From contig CAWABV010000008.1 of assembly GCA_963780375.1 (NCBI GenBank), positions 1,002,052 to 1,066,051 on the forward strand: a stretch of DNA of 64,000 bases, given 5' to 3'. How positions within the stretch are numbered: the stretch's first letter is position 1; the number at the start of each line of letters is the position of its first letter. Shown here piece after piece: positions 63,486-64,000 of the stretch. The translations under genes and the position numbers were made by a program. A model generated the notes under the pieces. That model saw only the letters and a list, made by a program, of their open reading frames with translations. It searched no databases and had not been told where the DNA came from. This stretch comes from an uncultured Chloroflexia bacterium (GTDB lineage: Bacteria; Chloroflexota; Limnocylindria; Limnocylindrales; CSP1-4).

Positions 63486-63998
63486 TTACGAGGTCGGTCG
63501 ACCCTCCGCGGGAGCGACCGCGATGACCGCGCCGAGCTGGCTCAGGATCCGCGCGGTCGCGCCCCAGACGGACAGGCCGTCGACCTCGTAGTGGCCGTAC
63601 CGCACGGACCAGCCGCTGATCCGCCGCTCGACGGTCGCGACCGGCGCGTCCGGCACGAACGTGGCGACCGGCGGTTCGATGATCCGGACCACCTCGGCCG
63701 GTGAGGCGACCATCTGCGGGCGACGCAGGGCGATGGCGACTATCGGCGTCACGGCAAAGTCGCTGACCGGGATCCACAGCGGGTCGAGGGCGCCGACGAC
63801 GCGAACGCCGGCGGCGTCGGGGTCGAGCCCGACCTCCTCGGTGGCTTCCCGCAGTGCGGTCGCGACGGCATCGGCGTCATCGGGCTCGGCCTTCCCGCCG
63901 GGGAAGCTGACCTCGCCGGAGTGATGCCGGTCGTCATGTGAGGGCCGCTCGATCAGGACGACACGAGCATCGCCCGCGTCATCCGGATACACGAGCAC
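63486..63998 (-). CDS. Nudix hydrolase (CoA-pyrophosphatase NudL-like); N-terminus probably continues beyond the window
   Basis: The Nudix box reads GGKAEPDDADAVATALREATEEVGL, preceded by LIERPSHDDRHHSGEVSFPGG. The ORF start is 2 nt from the window end. Confidence 0.6.
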   Translation of the reverse strand: MLVYPDDAGDARVVLIERPSHDDRHHSGEVSFPGGKAEPDDADAVATALREATEEVGLDPDAAGVRVVGALDPLWIPVSDFAVTPIVAIALRRPQMVASPAEVVRIIEPPVATFVPDAPVATVERRISGWSVRYGHYEVDGLSVWGATARILSQLGAVIAVAPAEGRPTS

Positions 63999-64000
63999 GA

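Noticed and set aside
1-64000. Mobile elements, CRISPR arrays, restriction-modification or other defence systems, prophage genes.
   Set aside because: No transposase or integrase motifs were seen. There are no direct-repeat/spacer arrays, no terminal inverted repeats flanking genes, and no compositional islands apart from the AT-rich oriC segment. The window looks like core chromosome.

Overview
This window is a high-GC (about 70%) actinobacterial-type chromosomal replication-origin neighbourhood.

Genes in order:
- The canonical rpmH-rnpA-yidD-yidC-jag block sits on the minus strand, divergent from dnaA-dnaN-recF-dciA(DUF721). A DnaA-box and AT-rich oriC candidate lies in the dnaA-dnaN spacer.
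- gyrB/gyrA are absent. In their place are a PstP-like membrane protein whose PP2C domain has lost its catalytic motifs, a rhomboid protease and a DUF151 nuclease.
- Next is a polyprenol-phosphate-sugar glycosylation island: a GT2 synthase, a DUF2723 GT-C, a second GT-C, and a 1797-aa protein fusing a GT87-like and a PMT-like membrane glycosyltransferase with a large inserted extracytoplasmic domain.
- Next is a seven-gene, 4-nt-overlapping phosphatidylinositol/PIM operon (arsR-pgsA-ino1-two LpxL-type acyltransferases-PHP-pimA). An ArsR-type operator palindrome faces a divergent MFS exporter.
- After CorA-like, sortase-like, TlpA and OtsB genes comes a 13-gene complex I operon, the most unusual feature. 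Its order is nuoABCD-H-I'/E'-F-G'-JKLMN.
  - No standalone nuoE exists.
  - nuoI carries only one Cx2Cx2Cx3CP motif and is fused to a NuoE N-terminal domain.
  - The nuoG slot holds a chimera with a NuoG-type 2Fe-2S domain, a GltD-like NAD(P)H flavoprotein module, and NuoG/HydA-type N5/N4 plus an extra ferredoxin motif. It has no molybdopterin-like domain.
  - A MidA/NDUFAF7-type methyltransferase sits directly upstream.
- Downstream are folK, kynU, an MBL-rhodanese fusion, an FGD-like F420 enzyme, glpX, purH, a vWA lipoprotein with an upstream repeated GGAACAT-N4-ATGTTCC palindrome, and a Nudix gene at the window edge.

No tRNA, rRNA, CRISPR or transposase signatures were seen. Many long ORFs in the supplied track are alternate-frame artefacts of the high GC content and were not called.
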